From Octopus vulgaris (Eukaryota): a DNA stretch of 64,000 nucleotides. Position 1 is the stretch's first letter, and each line of letters opens with the position of its first letter. The DNA lies in assembly GCA_951406725.2 (NCBI GenBank), contig OX597836.1, positions 4,464,001-4,528,000 of the forward strand. The letters run 5' to 3'. Shown here in pieces: positions 29,213 to 42,995 of this stretch. The notes beneath the pieces were generated by a model. That model made no database searches and had not been told where the DNA came from. It was given only the letters and a program-made list of their open reading frames with translations. The translations under genes were made by a program, and so were the position numbers.

Positions 29213-29385
29213 AGCCAGCCAGCCAGCCACGTCTTTATGTGTGTGCGAGTACCCGTTCGTGTGTGTTTCTCTGTCTGTGTGTCTGTGAGTGTATGTATGT
29301 GTATGCTACAAAATAGTAAGAGTACCGAAAAAATCAACGTTAAAATGGCACTAATATATATATATATATATATATTAGGTATGTA

Positions 29386-29505
29386 GAAAAATACAACATG
29401 GACAAGAACGTATAACTCTTAGAAGACGATACAATAAACACGGACAGGACATTCGAAACCCTCAGTCTTCAGTCAAGAACCGGATCATCGTAGTAATTTC
29501 GGCTG

Positions 29506-29508
<3 letters not shown>
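29386..29508 (-). repeat. Fragment of an unclassified interspersed repeat between (TA)n arrays
   Basis: Reverse complement TAATCAGCCGAAATT...GATGATCCGGTTCTTGACTGAAGA matches 52142-52185. Confidence 0.8.
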
Positions 29509-29587
<79 letters not shown>

Positions 29588-30119
29588 TCTCTCTATATAT
29601 ATATACGTTTGTACATAGAACGCGCCACAAATCATTCTCTTGGGATTTATACTGTCGCGTGACATTTACGCCAATCAACCAATCAGAGTTGGAGCCAAAA
29701 AATAGGGAGCTCAGATACTGACCCGCAAACTTGACCTTGTCGTGATTTGAAATCCTCCAGTAAAGATTCCAAGTACATGATGGAAAATATTCTGTCCGAA
29801 GCTGACACTTGGCTCTCTAGTAATTTCTTTCATCAACAGCGGAAGAAACAGTGGTGGTGCCGGGTGTATTGTGTTTTAAGTTTAATTCGTTGAGAAACGT
29901 AATTAAATAACGGAGGCCATTTTGTCATACGTTTTATGGAATCTGTCAAAACTACCGTCATTTCCAAAGAGATAATAAACAGCATAATAGTGATATTGTG
30001 ATTGTAATATGAGATTTAGGAGGTAATTCTATAAGCGTTACATTCGATTAGACTCAGTTGAGGAAACTATTCGTACGAAACGATGCCGACCACCGCCACC
30101 AATAACACAACCATTCCAG

Positions 30120-30320
<201 letters not shown>

Positions 30321-30321
30321 A

Positions 30322-30585
30322 TGGGCCTTAAGCAAATATCTTCTATTATAAAGTTATGTGTGGATTTGATAGACGGAAACTAAAAGAAGCCCTTCGTAAA
30401 TATATTCTTTTGCGTGGTTCAGTCATCTGAGTGCGGCCATACTGGAGCGCTGCATTTAGTCGAACGAATGGACCCCAGGACACATAGTGCCCCTCCCCTT
30501 TGCCGAACCGCTAGCTTACGGGGACGTAAACACATCAACATATGTAATCAAGCGAGATGACAAAAATAAACACACAAACAAACAC

Positions 30586-30590
<5 letters not shown>
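30322..30590. mobile_element. Two SINE family A fragments in opposite orientation
   Basis: Plus-strand GTGGATTTGATAGACGGAAACTAAAAGAAGCCC (to ~30398), then a minus-strand 3' half (TTCAGTCAT...TTTGCCGAACCGCTAGCTTACGGGGACGTAAACAC). Confidence 0.75.
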
Positions 30591-30626
<36 letters not shown>

Positions 30627-31354
30627 ATATTGTTGTATTTGTAACATATCTGCCCTCAAAGATTCATAGACACACATGCATTCGTACACCGTGAACAATC
30701 CCATAGAAATGTATTCCATTCAAACATGCTGCATTAGATAAACCAATCATAGCACCATCTAAATCCACGTAGAGATCGACCGATGTAAATCAGACCATTT
30801 TTTCTCCGAACCTCCTCAATTTCTTCTCACTCTGTGTAAAATGAAGCATGGTTTGACGGTTCTGAGGAGAACTACTTAATTATCGGACGATGAAATCATG
30901 CATGTTATTCTTCTCGTCATTGCACATTACATTTAAATATTGACCTCATCAAATTTTAAATTCCTTCTCCCTTTCGAATTCGTATATAACGAATGAACGG
31001 TGGGATTTGTGTTGACGGAAAGTTTTGAACATCGGAGGAGATGAATTGATGTGATTCTTCCGCTAAACTGCATTCTAACTTGGAAAGTGCTGGTCTTCAC
31101 CGTTTAGCTATTTTAAACATCTCATGTGCTGGTTTTCAAAGAGCTTCATCAATAGCAAACATCCGTCCTATTCCCAGTTTGAATCTAATTAATTCCCTTC
31201 GCCCGAGTAAGCAAGTAACATAGGTTCCTTTCCTATCCTACGCACAAAATATACATACATAAATACATACAAACAATCACACACACACACACACATGCAC
31301 ACGCGCATATAAATACATATACGGGTGTATACATTTATATGTATACACCCGTAT

Positions 31355-31471
31355 ACGTTAAGGGAACACGTGTCTGTGGAGTGTTCAACCACTTGCACGT
31401 TAATTTCACGAGTAAGTTTTTCTCTTGATCGTATCAGTTGGGACCCACATCGTCGTAACCGACGGAGTGCC
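31355..31471 (+). mobile_element. SINE family C 3' fragment
   Basis: ACGTTAAGGGAACACGTGTCTGTGGAGTG...CATCGTCGTAACCGACGGAGTGC matches 38798-38914. Confidence 0.85.
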
Positions 31472-31516
31472 CTTATATATATTTTTTTTTTTCGATGCAT
31501 ATATTACACCCACGCA

Positions 31517-31591
<75 letters not shown>

Positions 31592-31596
31592 CTATA

Positions 31597-31666
<70 letters not shown>

Positions 31667-32548
31667 AGGAATTCCGACCTTATCTGATTTTCACGTTTTA
31701 TTTACAATCTTATAATTATATAATATAATATAATATAATATAATAAAATAAAATAATAGAATGTTAAATGTTCATTCTGATTGAACTAGTACTTTCATGC
31801 ATTAAATTCTGCAATCTTCAGGTTCATGTAGTAGTGGTGACAGTCATGCTTCACAATATTTGACTGTATATATATATACGCAATAAGAATCTTCAGTAAT
31901 TATCTTACAATAAATATATAGACATCGACACCTACGTTTGAAATATAGTCGAATACGCTCAGTAGAATCGAAACCATGAAACCAGAAACGGGCATTTACA
32001 AAAGACATCTCTTCATACACAACCCGACACCCATCCCCATACCAACACCCACACACACACCTTTAGCTCTCACACTACAAGTAATATTATTAATTAGAGT
32101 GCTATTATCTTTTTGGAACATTGTTTATTACTTTAATAAATCTTGCTGGTACACTCATCATTCTGCTCGATTCCTGCTGGTTTTCATTGTTATTTTCTTG
32201 ATATTTATATTATTTGTATTGTTTTTCCTTTAGGTTTAATTTTCCGTTGGTTTTGGTGATTATTTCAATTCACTTATTTTTCAATAAAACTCTATCCATT
32301 ATAAGAGGAACACTTTTATTTCACAAATAACATTAGCTGATAATGGATGTTTCATACTCGACGTAATTCAGTTGGGACTACTATATACTACTATACATTG
32401 CACTAGTATGTCAACAGCGCTCTGTACGTATATATGGGTGTATACATACATACATACATACATACATACATACACACATACATACAAAGATACATACATA
32501 CATACATACATACATACATACATACATACATACATACATACATACATT

Positions 32549-32583
<35 letters not shown>

Positions 32584-32613
32584 TCTACGAAATTTTTTGC
32601 AACCCTATATTGA

Positions 32614-32681
<68 letters not shown>

Positions 32682-33131
32682 AATATATATATATATATAT
32701 TTATATATTTATATGTAATAGAAAGATAGATATTGATAGATAGATCACTAGATAAATATATAGCTAGTTAGAAAGATAGATGGATAGATAGATACATATA
32801 TAGCTAGATACATAGATGGATAGATGGATAGATAGATAGATAGACAGATAGGTAGATAGATAAATAGATACATGGATAGATAGAAAGAAAATAAATTGAG
32901 AGATATATAGAACAATAGGTAGATAGATAGGTAGATAATGGATAGCTAGATGCATTCATGAGTGTGTGTGCACATATGTGCATGGAAATGTGTATGTTCG
33001 TTTAGGTGCGCTGACAAACAAATAGATATGTAGTCATCGATCTATCTATGTATCTGTCTAATTTTCAATCTGTTTCTCTGTCCATCTCCCATATATCTAT
33101 CTATATTCTACGTTTATATATATATATATAT

Positions 33132-33169
<38 letters not shown>

Positions 33170-34562
33170 TTATATATATATATATATATATATTTGTATA
33201 TATATAATTATTTATATATATGCATATATACATATACATATATATGTGTGTGTGTGCCTCTGTGTGTGTGAGTGTGTGTGTATGTGTGTGTGTGTGTGTG
33301 TGTGTTGTATGTGTTTGTTCGCTTGAATTTCTTTAGCAGATCTCAAAATGTATTTAGCATTGACAAAGAGAAATATTTAGTGGGGACGTAATTTAATGTA
33401 CGAGTGTCTTAAATCACCTGTGGCTAACAAAATTTTATTATCGTTAATCAGATGTTAGTTGGAATTCGAAGGAAAAAAAACCCTTCATCATCACCATTGT
33501 CATCCTTATAACCATTGTCATCATCAGCAGCAGCATCATCATGGTAATCATCGTCATGCGCAGCAGCAATATCGAGACAGTCAACATTTTCCTCAGCATC
33601 AGCTGTCTCCTGAAGACGCTTTCGTCATTGTCTTGGGAATCGTTTTTGTTCTCGTTCATCTCTCTTCTGCCATCACCACCACCACCATCACTACCAGCAC
33701 TACCATCATCATCATCATCATCATCATCATCTTCCAGTTTCTGTGTTTGTTTTGTAGTTCTTTTGTTGCGTTCTTTCGCTTTGATCGTCGTCTTCCGTCT
33801 CACAGAAAATCCGAGATATTTCAATTCACAAATAATTCTAAGTTATTTCTTTCCAACTCCTGTCAGTCGTGTTCTGTCTCGGTGTTTTACATAGATTACT
33901 TCAACTGAAATAACATTTTATTGCCCCCATACAGAATTACGTTCTGATTGTTATATAGATATATATATCCAGTTAACAGAAACTTTCCGACGTCCCATGT
34001 AACCAATAAATATTTATTTCGATATGGTCGTCCGGTGTTGCCTTTAATTATGTGAAACTTATTAAGATTATGTTAACGTGCATTATGAAAGTAATACTTG
34101 CTTAAACAAACACTTTGGTAGAGTTGCGCAAGAGCGAATATAAGTTTCTATTAGTTTTAGAATTCTATGTAACTGAAAATTTCGAGTAAATGCCATCTAT
34201 AATATAGTTTTGCACAATCTGCCAATGGAGATTGTTGTACCGAGGATCCACGTCGCCAGATTTATAATAGGGTATTATACAATACTGCACAATGGAGTAG
34301 AGCAACTGCCTGCACTTGATGTATTCTCAAATACTCTGCCAACATCTGTAAACAATCCGAAACAACTGTCAACAAATTATAAGAACTTCTCAATAATTCC
34401 CTGCAACTCCAAGAACTAACGAACCACACCTTTAACTTCCTGCGATTTCTCATCTCTCGCTCAGGCAATCACGCTGCTACTTATTAGTTCAGTTAGTCCA
34501 TTCCCACAGGGGCTGTTATGATTTTCGCCTTAACAGCAATATATGTAATTATGTGGCTAAAA

Positions 34563-34943
34563 GATGCAGGATTTGCAGTGCGTTAAGAAATTTGACCCCT
34601 AAGGACGTTGTCCTGGTTACAATACCAGCTGGCAGAAATTTGGGCGAATGTCTTCTAATGTATACATGAACATACCAAAAGCTTGTGAGTAGATTTGTTT
34701 CATGGAAACTAGATTAAAAACACGGTATAACTTGATGTGTATGTGTTTATATATATATGCATGTCCCGCATGAGCGCTGAACAACGCAGGCTGATATGCT
34801 TACGTTTCAATAACTTAGTGGTTCGGGAATAAGAGCATGCTACAATAAGTACCAAATTCAAGGAAAGCACCAGGACCCTAAACCCTTCTAGTTAGTGCTC
34901 CAATATGGCTGCAGTCTAATGAACGAAACAAGTAAAAGATAAA
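34563..34943 (+). mobile_element. SINE family A, strongly diverged
   Basis: TTGGGCGAATGTCTTCTA, GCTTGTGAGTAGATTTG, ACTTAGTGGTTCGG and GTGCTCCAATATGGCTGCAGTCTAATGA..GAAACAAGTAAAAGA are colinear with family A. Confidence 0.7.
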
Positions 34944-35039
34944 TGCATCTTATTTTATACATTAACATACGGCATAGATCTTTGGATGACTTTTCCCGCT
35001 TCATTACATTTCGAGTGGAGTCGGTCTTCTAAAATCAGT

Positions 35040-35630
35040 CAAAGGATACTTCAGGTTAGATTCGATATATAGATCAGTCATGACACCAAGTCTATAGGTA
35101 GCAAAACATGGAACACACAACACACATTAACAAATGCTTGGCTCCAATATTGCATATCCTTGTTAGACCTAAGAATTCCACTGCACTGCTGAATTCCAGA
35201 TCAGAAAATCCCAGCAGATGCAGACATATGAACAAACTCATTTGGTGAATTGGAGAACAAGGCCTCCTCCAGATTGAATAGCTGTATCATTGACTTTATC
35301 CCCCTTCCGTTTATTCTGCACCATTTAGCCTTATGGCCTTATGGTCAAATGGGACATTACTGTCTCTGTCTGTCTCTCTCTCTCTCTCTCTTTGTCTCTC
35401 ATCTGCCTTTCTCTCTGTTTATTCATTTTTTCCACTTTCTACTTTCACTTTTCTATCACTTCTTTTCGTCATTTCTTTTCTTATTTCCTGATTTGTAACT
35501 TGTATAGGCCACATTTCCAGAGCCAGAAGACAACTTGAAGACACTAGGCGTAATATCAAAAGTTGCCTAGACAACATCTCCAATGTATGAAACTATGAGC
35601 AACTGATAACTATATGCCGTGTACATTAAA
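35040..35630 (+). mobile_element. Penelope-like 3' end (GIY-YIG C-terminal remnant plus terminal region)
   Basis: NKCLAPILHILVRPKNSTALLNSRSENPSRCRHMNKLIW resembles the Penelope C-terminal motif LC..EK..I...LLN.RSE..S.CRH.NK. A TTGAAGA...CTAGGC/GCCTAG stem...GAAAC arrangement lies downstream at ~35535-35593. Confidence 0.6.
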
Positions 35631-35653
35631 CTATATATGTATATATATATATG

Positions 35654-35731
<78 letters not shown>

Positions 35732-35983
35732 CACAGAGAAAAGGAGATGTTTAGCTACTTAGATAAGTGGACAATAATTTAAGTAAATATTCAGATGCAT
35801 TGAAAACTAAGACATCTACTTATGCGTGTGCGACAAATAGCTATTAACTCTACCTCACGTACACCGAATGAATCAAAGAGTGTTTTTGTTCTAATGTTGA
35901 GTTACATTTCACTATCTTTATTCCTGCGTATATTGTATATTGACATACATCTATACGTAGAGACACACACGCATATGTGTATA

Positions 35984-36105
<122 letters not shown>

Positions 36106-37099
36106 GTGTGTGTGTATGTATTTGTATACATATGTATGTATATATTGTACATTATTTACGTAACTTTTAAACCTTTCTCACAATATTGGTATTAAGCGTT
36201 CACAATCTCTTGCGTGTTTCTTAATGTGATTCGACAGTAATTGTAATCCTAATATTATTTAACTGAATACGTTAATGAATATTAATGATAACTATTAACC
36301 ATTTACACTCCAGTTATCTCGGTGGAGCATCAACGTGATTATTCTTGTCGAAGATAAAATCGATTCTTAACTACCAGCTACCACTTAATAAACTAACTAC
36401 CCGGCTATATGATATGTCAATTTTCTCATTTTCTTCCTGCATTCTCGTTTTCTTGTCTTCCTATTGCTGTATAATTCCTTATCACACATGAACACAACTT
36501 GTTAATGTGTGTTCCATGCCTTGCTTCCTATAAAGCCGGTTTCATAAACGATCAATATTTCAAATCTAAACCGAAGAATCCTTTCAAAGTATCTTTGAAT
36601 AAATGGTGGAATAAATGTCAACTGCCAACTATTATTAAATTCCTATAAAATCGACCTTTTAAATGTTCACCTATCGTGGCGTCACAATGCATATCGCACA
36701 AGGATATCATCGGTACAAGCAGTAATTATTCAGGTATCAAGCCAATCCTGAACATATCCTTTTCCCATAAACCATGTCGGTTTAGCACGCGTACATACTT
36801 AAATACATCACCCTCTCTCTCTCTCTCTTCTTATATATCTCCCCCTCTCTCCCACTCCACCCCCTCCCTCTACACACAAACACTCAAATACTAGCTTTTG
36901 TAAAATGAATTAGGATGCAATACTCAGCACATGGTACAAGGATATTGATGATCCTTTATTAAAATGAAGAATTAATTTCTCGTGCAAGTTTAATAACGGT
37001 ATTTATTGTATTCTGTCTCTCTATCTATATATCTATCTATATATCTATCTATCTATCTATCTATCTATCTGTCTATCTATCTATCTATCTATCTATCTG

Positions 37100-37138
<39 letters not shown>

Positions 37139-37143
37139 GTATG

Positions 37144-37213
<70 letters not shown>

Positions 37214-37259
37214 AATCTATCACTCTCTATACCTCTCTCCATATATATATATATATATG

Positions 37260-37342
<83 letters not shown>

Positions 37343-37399
37343 GTATATGTGTGTGTGTGTATGTATATAACTGAAACAACAGCAATAACAACCTGAAGC

Positions 37400-39025
37400 A
37401 ACAACAAACACCATACACCTTGTTGCCTGGTATTTACCTTCGCTTGATTAAGGAGATGAGGTTATCATCAATTGCTCAATACCATCCATTATAACTTTGA
37501 AATGTCAATTGTGATTTATCACGAATTTGACGTCAAGAAGTACATAATTAAATGACTTCATAAACCTATCAAATGAGATACCTGGTGTCAATGAACAGCT
37601 CAAGGCTGACTTTAAGGTGTTCAGATGATTGGGAATTCTACACGGTTTGCACAAGATTCATACAAATACCTTCAGGTAGTTTTACCTCATTTGGTAATGC
37701 GTATGGTTGAGATTTACACCAAGAAATACACCATTCGTTGAATAACTTTGCACTCCGATTTGTGTGGGGGACATATTATAAAGGAACCGTTCGTTGATAT
37801 TCTTGTAATTTCACACAAATATTTCCATGTTGAAGTGGTACACGGGAATTATAGACTTGAGTATGTACCACTGAGAGAAGATGTATCTACAAATTCTTGT
37901 GATGGTTATGGATGTTGCATAGATGGGTGTAAGAAAGTAACTGAATGGAAAGGATCACGTGAAAAACTTCGTAAAAGCAATGCCACACGATGGTTGTGGC
38001 TTCCAGTACCTCAAAGTCAAATTTGGTGCAGAGAAAAGTGACGCAAAGCTGAAAGCAGACATCGTCATTTCAATCGTCATCAGAGGACTGATATTTGTAC
38101 AGAACTTACCTGGAAATCATATAGCTGAACACTATACTGATTTAATAATCAACATGCTAACAGCGAATGAAAAAATGGGATGCTGAATGTCCCTTAAAAT
38201 GCACTTCTTGCATTCTCGTCTTAATGTATTTCCAAAGAATCTTGGTGCCGTTAGTATTGAGCATGGTGAGAGTTTCCACCAGGTCATATCTGAGATACAA
38301 ACGAGATATCAAGGTCAGTTAAATCCACAGAAGATGGGTGACAACCACTGGTTCCTACAACAGGAAACCAGAACAACCATAAGCGCACGTGCAAGTGTCT
38401 CAAACATTTCTGAGAGGAGGGTATAAAAAATAAAGTGAGTATTCCCTTAATATAAATATACTATGTACCCTTATATTCTAATACTATTTCCCTTGCAACA
38501 TAAATTTACTATATAGATTCATTGGCTTGATAAAGCTCACTCTCTGTGGAGGCGCAATGGCCCAGTGGTTAGGGCAGCGGACTCGCGGTCATAGGATCGC
38601 GGTTTCGATTCCCAGACTGGGTGTTGTGAGTGTTTATTGAGCGAAAACACCTAAAAGCTCCACGAGGCTGGTGGTGATCCATGCTGTACTCTTTCACCAC
38701 AACTTTCTCTCACCCTTACTTCCTGTTTATGTTGTACCTGCATTTCAAGGGGCCGGCCTTGTCACTCTCTGTGTCACGCTGAATATCCCCGAGAACTACG
38801 TTAAGGGTACACGTGTCTGTGGAGTGCTCAGCCACTTACACGTTAATTTCACGAGCAGGCTGTTCCGTTGATTCGGATCAACCGGAACCCTCATCGTCGT
38901 AACCGACGGAGTGCTTCCACAAAGCTCAGCCTCTGAATCAAAAGCAAACATTGCCTTTGTAGTCCCTGCTAATTTCGGGACACAACCTGATCATCTTTTT
39001 CAGTTAAAATTTCGGTAGACTAATT
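37400..39025 (+). mobile_element. Decayed Chapaev3-like (CMC) DNA transposon; transposase remnant clearest at 37959-38426
   Basis: KNFVKAMPHDGCGFQYLKVKFGAEKSDAKLKA and MGC*MSLKMHFLHSRLNVFPKNLGAVSIEHGESFHQVISEIQTRYQG match the recalled Chapaev3 motif MSLKIHFLHSHLDFFP.NLG.VSDEHGERFHQ. Outer boundaries are uncertain. Confidence 0.75.
38548..38920 (+). mobile_element. Full-length tRNA-derived SINE family C (Arg-TCG-like head) with TSD
   Basis: A-box TGGCCCAGTGG, anticodon-arm-like GGACTCGCGGTC and B-box GGTTTCGATTCC. Flanked by AAAGCTCACTCTCTG (38532-38546) and AAAGCTCAGCCTCTG (38921-38935), 13/15 identical. Confidence 0.9.
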
Positions 39026-39166
39026 AAAATTTCGGTAGGTATATGTCTCAATTCTTTTGTAAACTATTTCTAATGTATATTTGTAGAGAACAGGAGAACA
39101 TGTGATCTCAAATATATTTCTCTTTTGTGTAACAACGTGAACAATTTCTATACAATATATATATAC

Positions 39167-39250
<84 letters not shown>

Positions 39251-39782
39251 GTATATATATTAGTGTTTGAATGTTGGTGTACGTGTTTTTCTCTTCTTTA
39301 TCTAATTTTCTGGCAGCGCATTTGAATAAACGTGAAATCTCTCCGTTTTTATAATTCGAAACGTATGTTTCATGAAATCATTCGAAAATTTATTCCTTTG
39401 GGGGACAAATTCTAATTGTAAATCCATATTTTGGGATGACAAAACATGACAACAACATCTGCAGTGTTATTATGGAAGAAGATTTCCTGGACGTTATCTT
39501 CTTTTTTTTTCTCTTTCGTTATTCTTTTATTGCTTTGCCGCTTGAGGTATGCAATTCTGAATGCAATGGAATAATCTTAATGGGAATATAGGAATAGATT
39601 CCGATATAATCTCGATAAGAAGGTCTCTGGTTGTGAAGAGTAATCGAAAATAAAGGAAAAATTACTTGTTTAAAGAAGCGGAGTAAATGCAACAAGGACT
39701 AGATTGCAGAAAGAACAAGAGTAGAACTATTTTTGTTTCTACGGATGTGAATTTGGTGTTCTGCGACGCTTCTTATAAAGAA

Positions 39783-40186
39783 TGTGTGGTAAGTAGCTTG
39801 TTTACCAACAACATGGTTCCGGGTTCAGTCCCACTGCGTGGCACCTTGGGCAAGTGTCTTCTACTATAGCCTCGGGCCGACCAAAGCCTTGTGAATGGAT
39901 TTAGAAGACGGAAACTGAAAGAAGCCCGTCGGTTATATATATATGTATACATACTATGTGTGTGTGTGTATGTGTTTGTGTGTCTATGTTTGTCCCCCTA
40001 GAATTACTTGACAACCGATGCTGGTGTGTTTATGTCCCCGTTACTTAGCGGTTCGGCAAAAGAGACCGATAGAATAAGTACTGGGCTTACAAAAGAATAA
40101 GTCCCGGGGTCGAGTTGCTCGATTAAAGGCGGTGCTCCAGCATGGCCGCAGTCAAATGACTGAAACAAGTAAAAGAGTAAAGAGTA
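39783..40186 (+). mobile_element. SINE family A, young copy
   Basis: Near-identical to 45133-45546 and 61549-61950. Has B-box-like GGGTTCAGTCCC and an AAGAGTA-type tail. Confidence 0.95.
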
Positions 40187-40299
40187 TATACACATTCCGA
40201 CTCAAGTGTATTATATGAATATTTATGCATGAGTATATGAATATATATTAATATACGAACATATTTGTAGATGTGTGAATCTATCTACCTCTCTCTCTC

Positions 40300-40346
<47 letters not shown>

Positions 40347-40413
40347 CTCTCTGTATAAGATGTTTGCATGTGTGTATGTATATATATATATATATATATA
40401 TATAGTTTGAATC

Positions 40414-40574
40414 AGTACTTAATTTACCGTCCCCGAGAGGATGGAAGGTAAAGTCGACCTACGCGGAATTTGAACTCAGAACGTAAAGACTCACGAAATA
40501 CCACGAAGCATTTTGCCCGGTGTGCTAACGATTCTGCCAGCTCTACTCTAGGCACAAGGCCCAAAATTTTTGGA
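40414..40574 (-). mobile_element. SINE family B fragment(s)
   Basis: GTACTTAATTTA...AAAGTCGACCT..GCGGAATTTGAACTCAGAACG...GATTCTGCCAGCTC, then the tail fragment ACTCTAGGCACAAGGCC. Confidence 0.85.
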
Positions 40575-40842
40575 GACAAAAGGCGAAGACTGATGTGTAA
40601 TCAATAAACAGTTGTAATAGTTTAACACACGGGAAGTGAGAAAGTATTTTACGAAATAGGCAGAGAGTGTAATTGAAAAACGTTTAGTGGCTAACGATTA
40701 ATCATGGCGATACATATATATATATATATATATATACGTGAATACATACACATTCACACAAATATACCGTTGTGGTCAGATCGAGAGTCACCTGTCTACC
40801 ATTACCGCTGATATACAGACATTATTCTATAATATTAATTGT

Positions 40843-41588
40843 GGCATAAGGCCAGCAATTTTAGGTTCGGTGTTAATTCGATTATATCGACCTCAGTGCT
40901 TAGCTGCTATTTATTTTATCGATCCCTAAATAAATGAAAAGCAAAGTCGACCTCGTTGGAATTAGAACTCGAAGAATAACGACGAATAAAATGCTGCTGA
41001 GCATTTTCCAGGCGTGCCAAACATCATGCTATAATATCAAGGCGGCGAGCTGGCAGAAACGTTAGCACACCGGGCGAAATGCATATCGGTATTTCGTCTG
41101 CCGCTAGGTTCTGATTTCAAATTCCGCGCAGATCAACTTTGCCTTTCATCCTTTCGGGTTCGATAAATTAAGTACCAGTTACGCACTGGAGTCGATATAA
41201 TCGACTTAATCCGTTTGTCTGTCCTTGTTTGTCCTCTCTGTGTCTAGCCCCTTGTGTGTAGTAAAGAAATGGGCATTTCGTCTGCCGCTAGGTTCTGAGT
41301 TCAAATTCCGCCGAGGTCAACCTTGCCTTTCATCATTTCGGGATCGATAAATTAAGTACCAGTTATGCACTGATGTCGATATAATCGACTTAATCCGTTT
41401 ATCTGTCCTTGTTTGTCCTCTTTTTTGATTATATCGTCCCCAGTGCATAACTGGTACTTATTTAATTGACCCCGAAAGGATGAAAGGCAAAGTCCACCTC
41501 GGCGGAATTTGAACTCACAACGTAACGGTAGACGAAATACCACTAATCATTTCGCTCGGCGTGCTAACGTTTCTGCCAGCTCACGGCC
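40843..41588. mobile_element. SINE family B cluster: minus copy (40843-41019), plus dimer (41041-41420), minus copy (41427-41588)
   Basis: Head GGCGGCGAGCTGGCAGAAACGTTAGCAC at 41041 and its reverse complement at ~41561-41588. Internal unit starts at 41088 and 41272. Confidence 0.9.
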
Positions 41589-42237
41589 CTGCCCGGAAGG
41601 ATTATTAAGACATTAAACTGTGAATTGAGGAGGGGAATCTTTCTGTCGTTTCTAGCTGTCCGATCAACCACGCCAAGGCAGAAGCTACTTAGCTAAATCT
41701 CAGGTATATTGTCGTGAAGCCTGTTATTAAAGTACCCTATTTCATTATATGTTGTTTTCTTTTACATCGTAAAAGATGAATTGTTGTTTGCGAATTACAC
41801 AAACGCTTCCTCCTAGTAATTTTCCTGAAATTATGGCTGAATTATTAAACTATGCATCGCTATAAAAGTTAATTTACTTTGTAATTTAACTTTAATTTTT
41901 GTGTGATTTAATTATCATAAAAATTATACGACTTAAAGTTATAAAGTCTTGATCAAAGTTCTTGATACTTCAACATTGAAAATTAAAATAAATCAAATAC
42001 CTAAAACATTATTGGCTCAGGTGTATCGATAAATTTATAAAATTAAAAATCTGGCATGTACTTTTACCTTTAATTTAAGCTATTTACATTCTTCCATTTT
42101 TATTTTGTTTGTTTTTACTCTGTGTAATGAAAATTTTAAAAATCAGATATGGTTGAAAACTGATAGTCAACATAGTTATAACGACACAGATATGCGTGCG
42201 TGCATAGATTCTAACTAAATTTACTGTCATACATGGA

Positions 42238-42337
42238 TTATTATTATTATTATTATTATTATTGTTATTATTATTATTATTATTATTATTCATTTTCACT
42301 ATTTTTATTATTATTATTATTATTATCATTTTCACTA

Positions 42338-42384
<47 letters not shown>

Positions 42385-42421
42385 GTTATTATTATTATTA
42401 TTATTATTACTCTTATTATTA

Positions 42422-42466
<45 letters not shown>

Positions 42467-42480
42467 CATTATTATTATTA

Positions 42481-42547
<67 letters not shown>

Positions 42548-42556
42548 TATTATTTC

Positions 42557-42595
<39 letters not shown>
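42238..42595. repeat. (TTA)n/(TCA)n microsatellite
   Basis: Directly visible. Confidence 0.95.
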
Positions 42596-42995
42596 GCTTT
42601 GTATCGTTATTTAGGAGATAAAATGCCAAATTAACGGTGGATTTGCTTTGAACATCGGAAATAGCAAGAATGAGCGTGAATGATGGAGCTTGTGTTTGCA
42701 TGTGGGCAGTGGTATTTGTTATATGATATAGGCTCGTGGCTTTCAAGGTTTCGATCTCAGTATTACACTATTGAGAGACACTTCAGATATATATCACTAA
42801 CGGGTATTATATCGTCTGGTTGGTCAACAGAGTTAAGGGTGAAATATTATTTAAGGAATCTTTAGTGAATGCAGTCCTAAACAGATACTCACAAATATAC
42901 ATCCATCCATCCACCCGTCTATGTATTTATGTCTCCTTTTTTTTCTCTATCTCTCTCTCTCTGTTTGTATATATATATATATATACACATATATA

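Noticed and set aside
30750-30770. TAGCACCATCTAAATC resembling miR-29
   Set aside because: It diverges after 11 nt and has no upstream complementary 5p arm.
34200-34430. Possible CR1/L2 ORF2 C-terminal remnant (FSNTLPTSVNN)
   Set aside because: A single short motif is not enough to classify it.
38548-38625. Apparent tRNA-Arg(TCG) gene
   Set aside because: There is no proper acceptor stem. It continues into a repeat body shared with 31355 and 10927 and is bounded by a TSD, so it is a SINE head.
41850-42060. Clusters of TAAT/TTTAT homeodomain-like sites (also ~20400-20570, 27200-27300, 54060-54320)
   Set aside because: These are expected at high frequency in AT-rich DNA. Enrichment cannot be claimed without conservation data.
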